Shown here piece after piece: positions 48,398-60,499 of a DNA stretch of 64,000 nucleotides. Below the pieces are notes generated by a model. It saw only the letters and a list, made by a program, of their open reading frames with translations, made no database searches and was not told the DNA's origin. This DNA is from Raillietiella orientalis (taxonomy: Eukaryota): assembly GCA_036172245.1 (NCBI GenBank), contig JAYWIR010000015.1, forward strand, positions 2,914,001-2,978,000. Reading direction: 5' to 3'. Both the position numbers and the translations under genes were made by a program. Within the stretch, counting starts at the first letter, position 1. Every line of letters begins with the position of its first letter.

Positions 48398-51239
48398 CTG
48401 AAAGCAGGAGACGTGCATAGCAGAGGGCTGGAGCGACATGAAAAATTGATGGAGAGAGAGGGGGGACGTGCGGTGGGAGCGGAGCGAGGAGGAGCCCTCG
48501 ACTAGAAGCTGAAGCAATCCTTGGAGGGAGGAGAACGCTAGTTCTAAAACCTCCCCAAGCGCGCTCAACCCTTTCCCCCGGTCGAAAGTGCGCGGGGATC
48601 TTTCAAGAGTGAGAGGAGGGGTGGGTGGACGAGGGACGGGGCCAGGTCGCCCCTTCCCTCTGCCTTATCCTGCTCAGGAGCGAATGCAGCTCGCCCGTCG
48701 ACTACGAGGTGTCAGCACGCCGTGGACGCCCTCCTTTTCCTGTTTCGACGAGGGGGGAAGGAGGAGGACCACCCAACTTCCCCCAATTTTCGCGGTCGGT
48801 TCCCTTGGAGCCTTCCAGGCGGTCCGGGAAACTCTTTCGGATTTTCCTCTTCCTTCGGGAAAATTTCGCTTCCCCGTTCAGGGTTGCCAGACGCAGAGTC
48901 CAAGAGAGCGATGCCTGCCAGTACGGAGCCTCTCTGTAGGCAAGAGGGGAGGGGGTGAGAGGAGGAGCTGGCAAGGGGTCAGGGGAAGGTTTCAGGAGGG
49001 ACTTGGTTGGCAAGGTGGCGGCACTTTCCGCCTCCGGGAGCGGAGCAGACTTCGGCCTTGCCCGGGAGACCCCGCTCGGAATGCGGACAAACACCATTGA
49101 CACGTGACCGAGCGGAACACCTGAAGGGGTCGTGTTTCGGTGAAGAAAGGCAGGAAAAAGGGGGAAAGGGAGAGCGTTGCTCTGTTCCGTCGGCGCTCGC
49201 GTGCGCGCCACCCGCGTTCCCGGGGAAGGAGGGAAAGAGGGAGGGAGTTACCCGAGTCCGCGTGGCGTCCGGAATGACCGCGAGCCTCTTGTTCCTCCGC
49301 TGCCGCCGGCGTCAGCGGCACTTCCGCTCCCGGAGAAATGCGCCTCCAAAAGCGTGCTCCTCCCCCCCTTCCGGAGGCGGCGTGCGACCTCCTCCTCGTG
49401 CGGCGCATTCCGATTTGCGTCCGGAGCAGAGGTCGCGAGGCGCTCGCCTCCCGCGGCGACCCCTTCGTTGCGCTCAGCGTGCACTCGCGAGAACCCCAGT
49501 TCCCCCTGCTGGTCGCTGCCCCCATCCTTCCAAGCTTCCTTGTGGGCTTGCTCTCACGAGGTTGCGGAGGGTACGGGGGAGGGTTCCCGGGAGAACCTCA
49601 TTCCTTCTTTCCCCTTGCCGAGTCCGCGCTGTGTAGAAAGGAGCAAGGCTGGTGCTCTCCGGAAGATGGGGTGAGGGAGAAATCCTTCCTTGTTCCTTCC
49701 GTTCCCGGAGGGAAGGTCGTATCTCTTTCTCGTTCGGATCGCGATGGCTCGGCTGGCCACTGCAGTGACGTCATCGCGGTCCCCGCACCGTCAGGGAAAG
49801 GAAGCGGCAGCGAAAGCAAGGACTCATGCAGGCGCCACCAAGACCAAGCGGCATGGAAGGGGGGGGGGAGGGTGGATCCTCTGAGGAAGGCAGAGGAAGC
49901 CTCGCCACGTCTCCCTTTTCCCGCCTCCCCTACCCCCTCCTTCCGCTGCTCTCCCACCCCTTACCGATGAAACAGTGCGACTCGGTCGAAGGCGCAGGTT
50001 TCCTGCTCTCCGCTCGCTGCCTGAGGAGTGGCGAAAGACAGCAGCGGGAGGGCAAAGGGAGGATGGGGCGGCGGCGTTGAGCCCGAAGAAAGTGTACCAG
50101 AAATTCCCAACTCACGGAAAATCAGCAGGCAAAAAATCCGCGTCGTCATGGTTCATCTTCGAAGGCCCGGAGACAGGGGTTGCCAATTTGCCAAGCACTC
50201 GCTCAGTTCGCCGCAGCGTCCGACACCCTCAAAAAAACAAACAGGCAGTGCGCTCCTTGAGCCCAGCGACATCAATGGATGGACGGCTGTCTGGTCTCCG
50301 TCAGTCTCGCTCTCGCGCGCACATTCGTCTAAGGCGGCGCATGCGCGCACTCGAACGGCCGGCTACCGTGGTGTGCGGCGGCTTGCAAGAACTCGCTCAG
50401 GAAGGTGGGAAGATGTCACGCTTCTTTTTCTCGCTTTTCCACCCGGTCAGAGTCACTGGGGGCCTCAGTCCCAACTGATCCACAACGGGGCATCCGAACG
50501 TCAGGCTGACTGCCTTATCTCCGGAGAGGTTTATGAATAACCCAACAGTGCTGTGGGTGTTACAACAGACGAAGTGGTCCGTCTGCGGGGTAGTAGGTCA
50601 GCAGTTCATGCACTCGGAGAGAGCAGCAAAGGAATGGAAGGAAGAAGAAGAAAAAACACGTACACGTGCGTGCGCACGTCGATGAGTGGACAGGTTCTCG
50701 TTCCGAGAGTCGCGGAAGCTGCAACCCCTCACATATCTCGCCACCATCCAAGTGTTTCTCGGGCTTGGAGGATGTGCTGCATCTCTCTCATTCGCGCGGA
50801 TGTGTGGCCAGAGAGATCCGCTCGGCCAGAGCCAGTCGAGGCGGGCAGTGGCGGCGGCTCGCAGACTGTCGGCAGTGAGACAGCGGCTGGCAGGGACGGA
50901 CGCAAATGAATGAAGAAAGAAGTGGGCGTGCAGAACGGGGTGAAAAGGAGACCTGGAGTGAGGGGACAGGCAAGCAGCTGCGACTACGAACTTGGTTTCT
51001 CTGGTATCCGTGTTGAACTGGGATCGTTGCGACCCTTGAGGCAAACCCATCAAAGCTTGGCCACATATCGACAGATCAGACCGACAGTTGTTTTTCTCTT
51101 CTTCTACCTATTCCAGATGCATCGTTCTCATGAGATTTCAAAAGTTCAAAAGGGTGGAGGAAGAGAGCGAAGCTGTCCATCAAAAACTGCCATCTGTTCA
51201 ACTCTTTACTTTCGGTTTCAATAGGAAGTAAAGAGCTGA

Positions 51240-51740
51240 AAATGAAGGATTTGGTAGGTAGTCCTCGTCTGCTGCCTAGTAATCCGCACACCCTTGCTGT
51301 CGTCGCTCCACTGCATTCACAGCAGAAGGCAGCAGAATCCATACAAGTTTTCGTGTTCCCAGAATTTTGCTCCATTCGGAGCACCAACATCCGAAAGGAC
51401 AGGGGAGCAATGCCGCGGGCGATACCACCTAGAGGCATCCATGATTTCCAAGGAATTCGCGTTCACCGATCCCCACGTGGTGAGCGAACGGATGCGTGGC
51501 TTTACTTCCAGAAGGCTTTGGCTGCATCCATTGTCAAGATGTTGCAGCAACTGGATGGGAAGAACGAACCTGCTCTGTGAGGGTCGGCCAACTGAAGACG
51601 GGACTCCAGAAACGGGAGTATTACAATGCTTGCGAAAGGCTACGTGTACTCTGGCACATACTGCCGGAGGCATTCAGGAGGGCACGGTGCTGCTGATGAC
51701 TTTCAAGAGAGCAAGGTTGCATATGCTTTTCCCTCTGTGA
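51240..51740 (+). mobile_element. Decayed LINE RT fragment (CR1/L2/Jockey-type)
   Basis: AWLYFQKALAASIVKMLQQL (LDFSKAFD..LL.KL-like) followed by AGGIQEGTVL (SGVPQGSVL-like). Confidence 0.4.
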
Positions 51741-53780
51741 AGCTCACGAAAATAAAAATAAACGGGGATGCACCAAGTGAACCAGATACTTTTGTCCTGA
51801 AGACAAAAAAAAGGTCAGCAAGAGGTGGTTCGCGTCCCAGGATAGCTCTACAGAATCCGTACGGGTGCAGCAGAGATTTTCTTTTCCCCCTTTTGCTCTC
51901 CCTGTCTGGCTGACCCGTGCAAAGACTCCGATGCGACCCACATTGTCTCCGCGACTACCATGGAATGACCTTGCACTCCTTTGGGGTACAAGATCATTCC
52001 GTTTGGGGGAGGATCGGGGTGGGAGGGGTGCTTTGCTTGTCTAAAGGCGTCCCACATTGAGAGACTGGGCGGACTCCCAGGCTTCCCGCCCGCTTCATCG
52101 AGATGAGATCCGCCCTCTTCTCCGAGGCACTCAGTCAGTACCTCCTTTTGCCTCTGGTGAAGACAGCTTCCTGAGTCGGGCAAGGCCGGAGCTTCAGGAG
52201 GGGGCCTGGCTCTCGAGCCCGTCGCCTGAACGGGGTGGTATCTTCTGGTCTCTCTGGTCCAGGAGAGGGAGGAGGGCAGCGCTCTCCTGTCGTAGTCCCG
52301 TAGGCGTGGCAGTGCTCCCGCACCACTCTCGAAACAGATCGCCGTCTACTCCGCCATCCAAGCGACCACTTTCGTCCATTCCTTCTTAGGTGATTCCTGA
52401 AACTGCTCTCTTGAAAGCGCTTGACTCTTCTCGTGAAAGGGATGCACCTATGCACCTCCCGGATCAGCTTTCGGTATCCTCTTTTCTTTATTCTCTCTAA
52501 GAAAGGAGAGGAAAGGGGACCTGCTGCTTTTGAGCATCCTGACATAGAACCCGGATTCTCTTCAGAGGGACCCAGGAATGAAAAGGAGAAATGGGGAGAT
52601 GTGAGAAAGGCGAGGGGAGGGGAGTGGAGCGGGATCGTGAGTTTCCTGTATCGGGTCTGGCGGGGGAGACGACTGATCGCACGGTACCCCATGCTGAGAG
52701 CAGAGTCCTTCTGGGAACACCGAACCACTTTAGAAAACTAGGCTCTGGAAAGTCCGGGAGGGACAAGCGCAAGCCCTGAGACAAGAGAGGGAAGAGGCAG
52801 GGAAGGACAGCCCTTGGACAGCAGCTTTGCAGGAGAAAAGGGGGGTGGAGAAGAATGCGGGTCAAGTGTCGCGAACAGACTACCGGAGGCTGAAGTTCAC
52901 CACTCCTTCCCTTCCAGCCCGGTAGACGCTCCGATGGCTGAGTTCCTCCTCTTCCCATGGAATCGTCAGATGCCGGTATCCCCTGACTCTCCCGGATTGA
53001 ATGGAGGATGAGGGACGATCGTCCCGCTTTCGATCCTCTTCCCTCCTCCCGGCTGCGATTTCCAGCCAGTAGGGCCAAGAGCGGGAAGACTTCTTAAAGG
53101 TCCCACTACGGATTTATGTCCCTGGAAGAATCCCGGGATGGCTTGGCGTTTTCTTCGGAGCTGCTCCAGGGTCGCCAATATCCCTCATTCCGTACCCTGA
53201 GGAGGAACACAAGAGTTCCAGCATGAAATGCTCTTCTTGCATAGTTCCGAGCGTTTCTCCCCTCCCTCCCTTCCCGTGCCAGTCGGAAAAAGGGAGAAGG
53301 AGACTCGGATCCAAGTATGAGCCGCTCTTCCCGAGGGATGACTCTGTGGACGCTCGGGTTCGAGAAGCTCGTCAGGAGTGAGCAGCTGGAGGAGAAAAGG
53401 GAGACCAGAACTCCGGGAGGTCATAGAGGATGTTCTTCCTGAAAGACCTCCTTCCCGGAAGGCCCTCTAAGGACCCTCGAAAGGAACCAAGGGCGAGGGG
53501 AGTAGGGTTCCGTCTTTCCCAGGAAGCCCCAGGGTGAGAAGAGGGACGCCACCCTGCACGCCCTCGGCATGTGAGCGTTCCCCTTCTCTCCTCCCGGAGA
53601 TCTGGAGCTTGTGGGCCAGGCACGTCTCTGGAGCAGCCCCTTCCCAGATGGTGAGGCATTTTCGTTTCGCTTTTATTCCTCCTCCTTCCTCTGGCAGCGA
53701 CGCTGGGCTCGAAAGGGTCGGAGAGGACGTCCGGGAGACGAGAATGGGACTCAGGGAGGGCTCCCTTGCTCATCCTGCAG

Positions 53781-56700
53781 TCAGTCCCTCCGCATCTTCC
53801 GGAGCGATGACGCCTCTCTGTGCTGGACCTCGTCGCAGATGCTGCCGAGCAGTGAGCTGATGACCAGGGTGCCGTCGTCGCCTCCAGGTCCCGAGCGTTC
53901 GATGGCGGAGGCCGGACTCCCCCCTCCCTCCTCGGGAGCCCGGGCCGCCGCTCTGGGTCGCGGCCGGTAGTCACTTCCCCGTGCTGAGTGTCGGGGTGCT
54001 GCAAGCACAGAGGAGGGCGGCAGAGTGAGCCGAGCGTTTCCCGGGAGCGCCGTCATCCCGGAAGGCAGCGCACCGTCCCTGTCGCTCCTCCGGCCGCCGT
54101 AGAAGGCCCGCAGGAAGGCTCGGTGGTTCCAGGAGCCCTTCTTCTGAAAGAGTTGGTCCATCCTCTTCTCCTGGCAGTCGGAGGGCTCGATGAGCTCCTG
54201 GAGGTGGGAGGGTCAGAGAGTGGAGAGTTGGCAGGAAGAGGGCCGGAAAGTTGGAAGAAAGGAAGGGTCTCGTCTCCGTCGTCCCCCTCCCAGCTCGGAG
54301 CAGGAGAGTCGTGGCGTTGTCGGGCGGGAGGAACCGATGCGTCTCTCCTCCCTCCCGAACCGACCAGAGCTCAGAGTTCAGGGGAAGGGAGGGAGAGGGC
54401 AGGCGAACTCGGAAAGCACGTTCTCTTGGAAGGCCCTCCTGCGACCGGGATGGGACCACCCTTCCTTCCTCCACAAAGACATTTCCTCATATAGGACGAG
54501 AGGTAGTCCGAGAAGATTCACGAGACCGCTCCTTCCTCCTCCTCTTTTCGTAGGACTTCGGGAGCAAGAGACGGGAGAAAGGCTTACATAGTGGCTGTCT
54601 CCGTAGATGACCTCGCTGAGGGCGGTGTACTCGGCATCGGGCCCTGAGACGGTGATAGTAGCGGCGGATCCCTGGGGCGGGAGCACCCTGGAAGGGAGCG
54701 AAAAGGTGTGGAGGTGGCGGGAGGGGTCGGTTTGCATGTGCCGTCCAACCTGCGGAACTTCTCGGTCGCCGTAGTGTACGGAAGCTCTCCGGGAAGGACT
54801 TCTTCCCAGTGCTGGTCACGGGCCATCTCCGGGGCGTCTCCGTACACCTCGTCCACGATCAGGTAGGACATCTGCGGCTCCCCTGGAGTCCTCCGCACGG
54901 CCCGCAGGGTCCCTCCCCCCGCCCCCCGGGTCGCACACTCACGGAAAGGTTGCGGTCGATCAGGAAGTTGACCTCGAAGTCGTCGTCGTCCTCTCCGAAG
55001 GGGTTGATGATGGTCTCACCAACCTTCAGCCAGCCCATGTAGAAGAAGAACTGCAGCAGCGTGAACACGGGGACGTACAAGTCGAGGGAGCGGTTCTGGT
55101 ACCCCTGCTCCGGGTCCAGCCACTGCCTGCTGACCACGGTGACTAGGAAGTAGCTGTACACGGACCAGGTGACCACCTGAAACGAGGAAGCGAGTGAGGG
55201 CCGTTCCGGGAAGAGGAAGGATCGGGGAGGCCCGAAGGCCAGTGCTCCTCCCTCCCTCCCTCCCAGAGACCGACCCGCCTAGGAACTCTCCGGGAAGGAG
55301 GAAGGAAAGCGGGAGAGGATCGTCTCTTCCTTGCCTTCCTCTCCACGAGCGGTGCCGGGCGCCCCCCCTCCCTACCTGGGTGTACATCAGCGGCATGGAG
55401 ATCCAGTCGTACATGAGGATGGAGTTGCAGGACCCGCGGAAGTCGTTGATGCTGTTGACGACGTTCTGCAGCGACACGGGGCTGGTGATGCGCTCCTCCT
55501 TGCTGGCCTTGCACGCCGCGTCCACCGCCCACACCAGAGGCACCCAGTACGCCAGCGACTTGGTTCTCTCGCTGATCTGGCAGACCTTGTTCTTCTCCTT
55601 TTCCATCATGACGCCTGGAAAACCGAGTCGGCGGCGTCCTATAGGGAGGGGAGGGGAGGAGAGGAGGTAGCAAAATCGGAAGATCGAAAAGGGAGGAAGA
55701 GGAGGAGGAGGAGAGGGAAGAAAAAAGGCGAGGAAGAGGAAGCGCGGGAAGACGGTGGAGGAGGAAGACAACAAGAGGACAGGGCGAAAGACGGGGGGGA
55801 AAGAGGGAGCCGCCGCGTGGGGCGGCCGGAGGGCGAACCTGCGTCCACGAGGTGCTGCAGGGTCGGGAACCGTTTCTTCACGCGGGGACTCACCATCATG
55901 AAGGTCAGCACATAGGCGAGCATCAGGTAGCGCATGATGGTCCTCCGCAGCAGCCGGCCGGTGTCATCCTGCAACGCGCAAGACGAAACATCCCACAGCC
56001 ATCAGCACCAATGCCGCCTCCTCCGCCTCCTCTGCTGCTGCTACTGCTGCTCCTCTTCTCCTCCACTCCCCCCTCCCCCCCGCCAGCAGCAGCTTCCTCT
56101 TCCCCTCCTACCTGCCCGATGATGTTGGCGCTCACCACAATGGCGACGGATTCCGGCCAGGGAATGGCACAGAACTGGGACCACCAGCGGGTCATCAGGA
56201 CGCTCACATAGAAGCCCAGTACGAAGGACAGGGGGATGTACGAGACGGCCCGGTCGCAGTACATCGCCGCCGCCTCGAACTTCCTGAAAGGAGCGAACGG
56301 GAGGAGAAGGGCCGCCGGCAGCTGCTGGGCAGGACGGAAGGGACCGTTGCGCGTCCTTCCCCTTCCTCTGCCACCGCCGCCGACGGCGGCGGCTACGGCG
56401 GAGCATGCGCGAGGGAGAGGATGCGCCAAGAGGGCTTTTCGAGGGACGGCGTGCGGGCGCTCCAGGATACCAACTTCCCCGCTGAAGAGTGCGCTCCACG
56501 ACGGAGACTGAGGAAGTCGGCGCCGAAGTTCGGCTGGAGGGTGGTCCACACATCCGTAGGATGCGAGAACACTGGAACTCCAGCACGGTAGGGTAGGGAA
56601 GGGAGGGCTGAGCTTCTGCCATTCTGCAAACAAGAGGTGTACGGCTGCTTTTTTTTGCCCCTCTTCCCCTCTCCGCCACCGCTCCTGGAGTGATGGCTCC

Positions 56701-58404
56701 GGAAGCCTCTCAGACCACCCGAGCGACCACTGTCCTCCCACGCTCCGCCCCGTCCTCGGCGAGGCTCCTTTTCGCTTTTCAGTGGCTCCTGCCCTATCCC
56801 CTGGCACTCTCGCGCGTAATCGGGGGAATGACCTCGCTGTCACGCGCTAATGCAGGAGCTTCGTCGCGTCTGGCGGTGGCGCCGAGTTTCCAGCAGGCAA
56901 ACCGACTCGCGGTGCACCCGGTCAATGATCGACCCAGACGCCGGTGGATAAGAGTGCTCGAGAGGTCGCCTCATCCATCGCTTGGGGTACGACGACGGGA
57001 GAACCGCTGGCGACTTCGCGCTCCCGGGAGCAGCAGCTGCTGCTCGCTCGCCCGCCTCTGCCGGCTCCCTCAGGAGCCCCTCGCCACTGTCATGGCGATC
57101 CTCCAGGTGCCCTTCTTACGGTCGCATCCTTGCCCACCTCCGCCTCCTCCGCAAGTTCGCGCCCCTCGCAGGAGGGGGAGAAGGAACATGGGGTGCCATC
57201 TGACCGCATGTCTGGCTGCGGGTGGGATGGGGTGCGACTAAGTTGCGGATGGGAATGCTGCAAGATGGGGTGACTCTGAGTTGTAGATATGTCTGGGACG
57301 AGGGTCCACTCAGCTGAGAGTGCTCATGTAAAGGGATGGGTGTGGGTGGGGATGCAATTCGGGGAGCAGTGATGGGTAAGCCAGCACACGTGGCAGATAG
57401 CCTTGGAAATAGGCATGGAACATGGAGAATCGACCTTGAAATGGGAGCAGGGCTGGGTGGAGGTTGGGACGTACCTTTTCTGCTCTTCGTTCAGCTGGAA
57501 GCGGTACACGGCGCTCACGCTCGCGAACAGGATGAGGTACACCACGAGATCCTGGTACAACACCTTGTAGATGCTACCTTTCCACCTGGAAGGAGAGGAT
57601 CGATGGTCGCACCTCCGAGGACCGAGTCTCGCCAGTGGGGCAGGCGGGCGGAGGCAGAGCTGACCCGGGAAGCGTTCCCAGGGAGACCCTTCCTTCCCCT
57701 TCTCCTTACCAGCCCTTCCGCAAGAAGGCAGCCTCGAGGGACAGAAATTGTTCACGGCGGGGCCGTCCGAAGGCCTTGAGAGGGCGGAGGAACTTCCCTG
57801 CTCCCGATGCCCCCAAAGCAAGCTTTCTTGCTTTTCGCCCGCCTCTTAGACATTCCCTCTCCGCATTGTCGGGAGGAATTTCGAACCCGGGACAGCGACC
57901 CCAAGGACGGAAGGCAAGACGTAATCAAAAAAGAGGGAAAAAAGCGGGAGAAAATGCATCCGCGCCAGACCCGCGCCTCCGGAAAGCTGGGAAAAGGACG
58001 CTCCTAGACTGGAATGGGATGCGGGTCTATCAACGCGGTTCCACGATGCACAACATAAATAAATAGATGCCCGTGAATCCGCACGAGAGTGAAGATCAAC
58101 AGCATCCAGGGGTGTACCACGATGCGAGGTGCTGTTTTTGCTCTGGCTGGATGGAGAGGAGCGGCATAGACGATGCGACACGGATACTGCCCTGACGTCA
58201 CCTCTTAACCCTTGACGAGCAGACAGCACCTCTCGCGTCTCGGTCTTGCATGTGAAGACTCCCGTTGACCACTTTTCGCGGTCGGGAGATTGTGGGAGGG
58301 TCCCAGCCTGCCTCGCCCGCTAACGGGCTCTCTCACCTGAAGAGGAGTTTCGCGAACATCCATCTGTTGCTGGTAGCCACATCTCCGGTGTAAGAGACGG
58401 TCAT
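53781..58404 (-). CDS. BEST: Bestrophin family Ca2+-activated anion channel; C-terminal exons uncertain
   Basis: [102 protein letters not shown]. Exons 58337-58404, 57475-57585, 56112-56283, 55839-55968, 55376-55614, 54943-55176, 54750-54871, 54588-54687, then from ~54197. Confidence 0.95.
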
Positions 58405-59444
58405 GTCTTCTGCTCTCCGTTTCTGATTCAGGTGCGGTTGGTTTCGCAGGTGGGAAGGTTATTTCATCTGGAACACACGATCCGTGTGGATGCCTCTGCG
58501 TAGCCAGAGGGCGAAAGGTACGCGCACACGCAGACGAGAAAAACAAACGCAGCATCCATCTTGCCTCGATGGGTGTCCGAAAATTCCTCCCTCGCTCGTA
58601 CGAACAGCAACGTGCTCAGGGCGAATGAGGAGGCGTGCCAGGGAAACCAGATTGCAGATGAAACCGGTGTGGCAAGCCCGGGATTTCAGGGAAGCGAGCT
58701 CGAAAGCATGCAGGCTGGAAGAACGAGGCGGCAGCAGCACTCACACTCTCATCCGGTGTGTCTCTTCCCTACCCTTCTGAGTGGCAGCGCCTTTGGATCC
58801 TCACCCGGTGATCATATCTGCGTTTTGCTTTTCTTCTTCTTCTTCAATAGTACGTATTCATGTACTTCGGACAAGCTTGATCGCCGATTTTGTGTTCTTT
58901 TTTCTTTGCTTCCCCCCATATCCCCACCTACTGTGTCTTTTTCTTGCAGATCGGCGTAATCCTCGAATCGTGTTTTCATGGTTTTGTGTGTTCATTTATG
59001 TATTTAAATAGGCTTCTCGGAGTGGACGGCTAGAAAGCAAACAAACGAAAAACGCCAGTGTCCCCCCCCCCTTCATTCAGACACAGAGATCTTCCGGTTG
59101 AAGTTCCGAGCTATCCTCTCGGTGTCGGCCGATGTTTACGACGACACAAATCACTCCCCCCCCCCTCCCACCTCAAAACTCTGCTCAAAACACGCGCATT
59201 CTTAGGCTATTAATAAACTGCGAAACCGCAGCCGGGAGCGATCACCCGTACCGAGCGTGAACACCGCAGCATCCGTATTCAGCCTAGGTGCTCACGGAGT
59301 TCTGCGAAAGTGAAGTACAGCTTTATCACAATGTGATATCGGCTTTGCTAATTAGATTCTGCCGAGGAGGGGATTGAGACGTCGTGTACGTGCACGCTGC
59401 GTGGTTCCTCGTTTCAGTGTTACCAGTAATCAAGTGGAAAGTTA

Positions 59445-59985
59445 CGGTGCCGGTCGAAATTCCGAAAGTCGCAATCACGCTTGTCGAAACCTCGAAAGAT
59501 CATAAAATGTAAATGTTTATTACATATATGTATGTGTTTGTGTAGCGATCAAGGTATATCGTAAAGATTATAAAAAATAAACGCATGTGCTTAGTATCTA
59601 TATTAATATTCAAATTTATTTTAACATGTATATTTATGAATATATATTTAGTAACGATGACAGTTAAAAACAGCGGGGGGGGAGGGAAGCAAGCAAATTG
59701 AATAAGCAAAAAAAAATTTTCGTATTTTATTTTCCCATCATTTCCAACACGCAAAAAATGAAACATATATTAGATGAATAATGCTTTCGGGATTTTGATC
59801 GTTTCATAAACACATCCTTTTATAACTCAGTATTTATATATACATCTAATATATGTTTACTGTGTATACAGCTATACATATAATAAAAGTACATATTTAT
59901 TTTTCAAAATTTCGACATTGGGGATTTTGATTTTCAGGATTTTGATCGTTCGAGATTACGGCGTTGTTTATTTTGAACGAAACCC
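59445..59985. mobile_element. Non-autonomous MULE/Ricksha-like DNA transposon (MITE)
   Basis: AT-rich island in a GC-rich context. Degenerate terminal inverted repeats (22/35 identical by hand alignment) built from short GGGATTTTGAT..TTC-type subrepeats, a pattern typical of MULE termini. Confidence 0.6.
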
Positions 59986-60499
59986 TAAAATTCAAGTCCA
60001 TGGAACAGTTAGAATGTGGTCGAAGTGTGTCGAATGCCTTTCATCTGCTGATCTGATATTCCGTTGATCACAGAACCATTACTGTTACTACTGAACAAGA
60101 CGTGGAAGTACATATTCAATAACATATCATTATCTACAGAGTTGCATGGTTGTATAACAAAGCAAAACAAGGCAAGTAATTACGGAGGTTATTATCCAGA
60201 TTTTTATGTCACTATACTGTGTCAAGGGTTAAACTTGCTGAATTGGCTAACTGCAGCAAAGTGGCGAGATTCTCACGAGACAAAAGGAAGGAGTCTATAG
60301 AAAACAAACATCCGCATATCGGGTTCTCTCAACAGGTCATGGTGTCTCAGGTAACCGGTGTTGCGGAAAACAGAACGAAATAGGTCAGATTTTCCTCGTA
60401 TTATCTGCTGTAGCCGTGGCAGGGAGTGGATCTCCCTGGGACAATGCGTGGAAAAAAAAATTCCAAAAGAGGTTTTGGAAAGCCACTCCCGAAATGAAA

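Noticed and set aside
37100..53300. Dozens of overlapping 60-320 aa ORFs on both strands
   Set aside because: Expected in GC-rich, stop-poor DNA. They are Arg/Gly/Pro/Ser-rich with no domain signatures, apart from the features listed.
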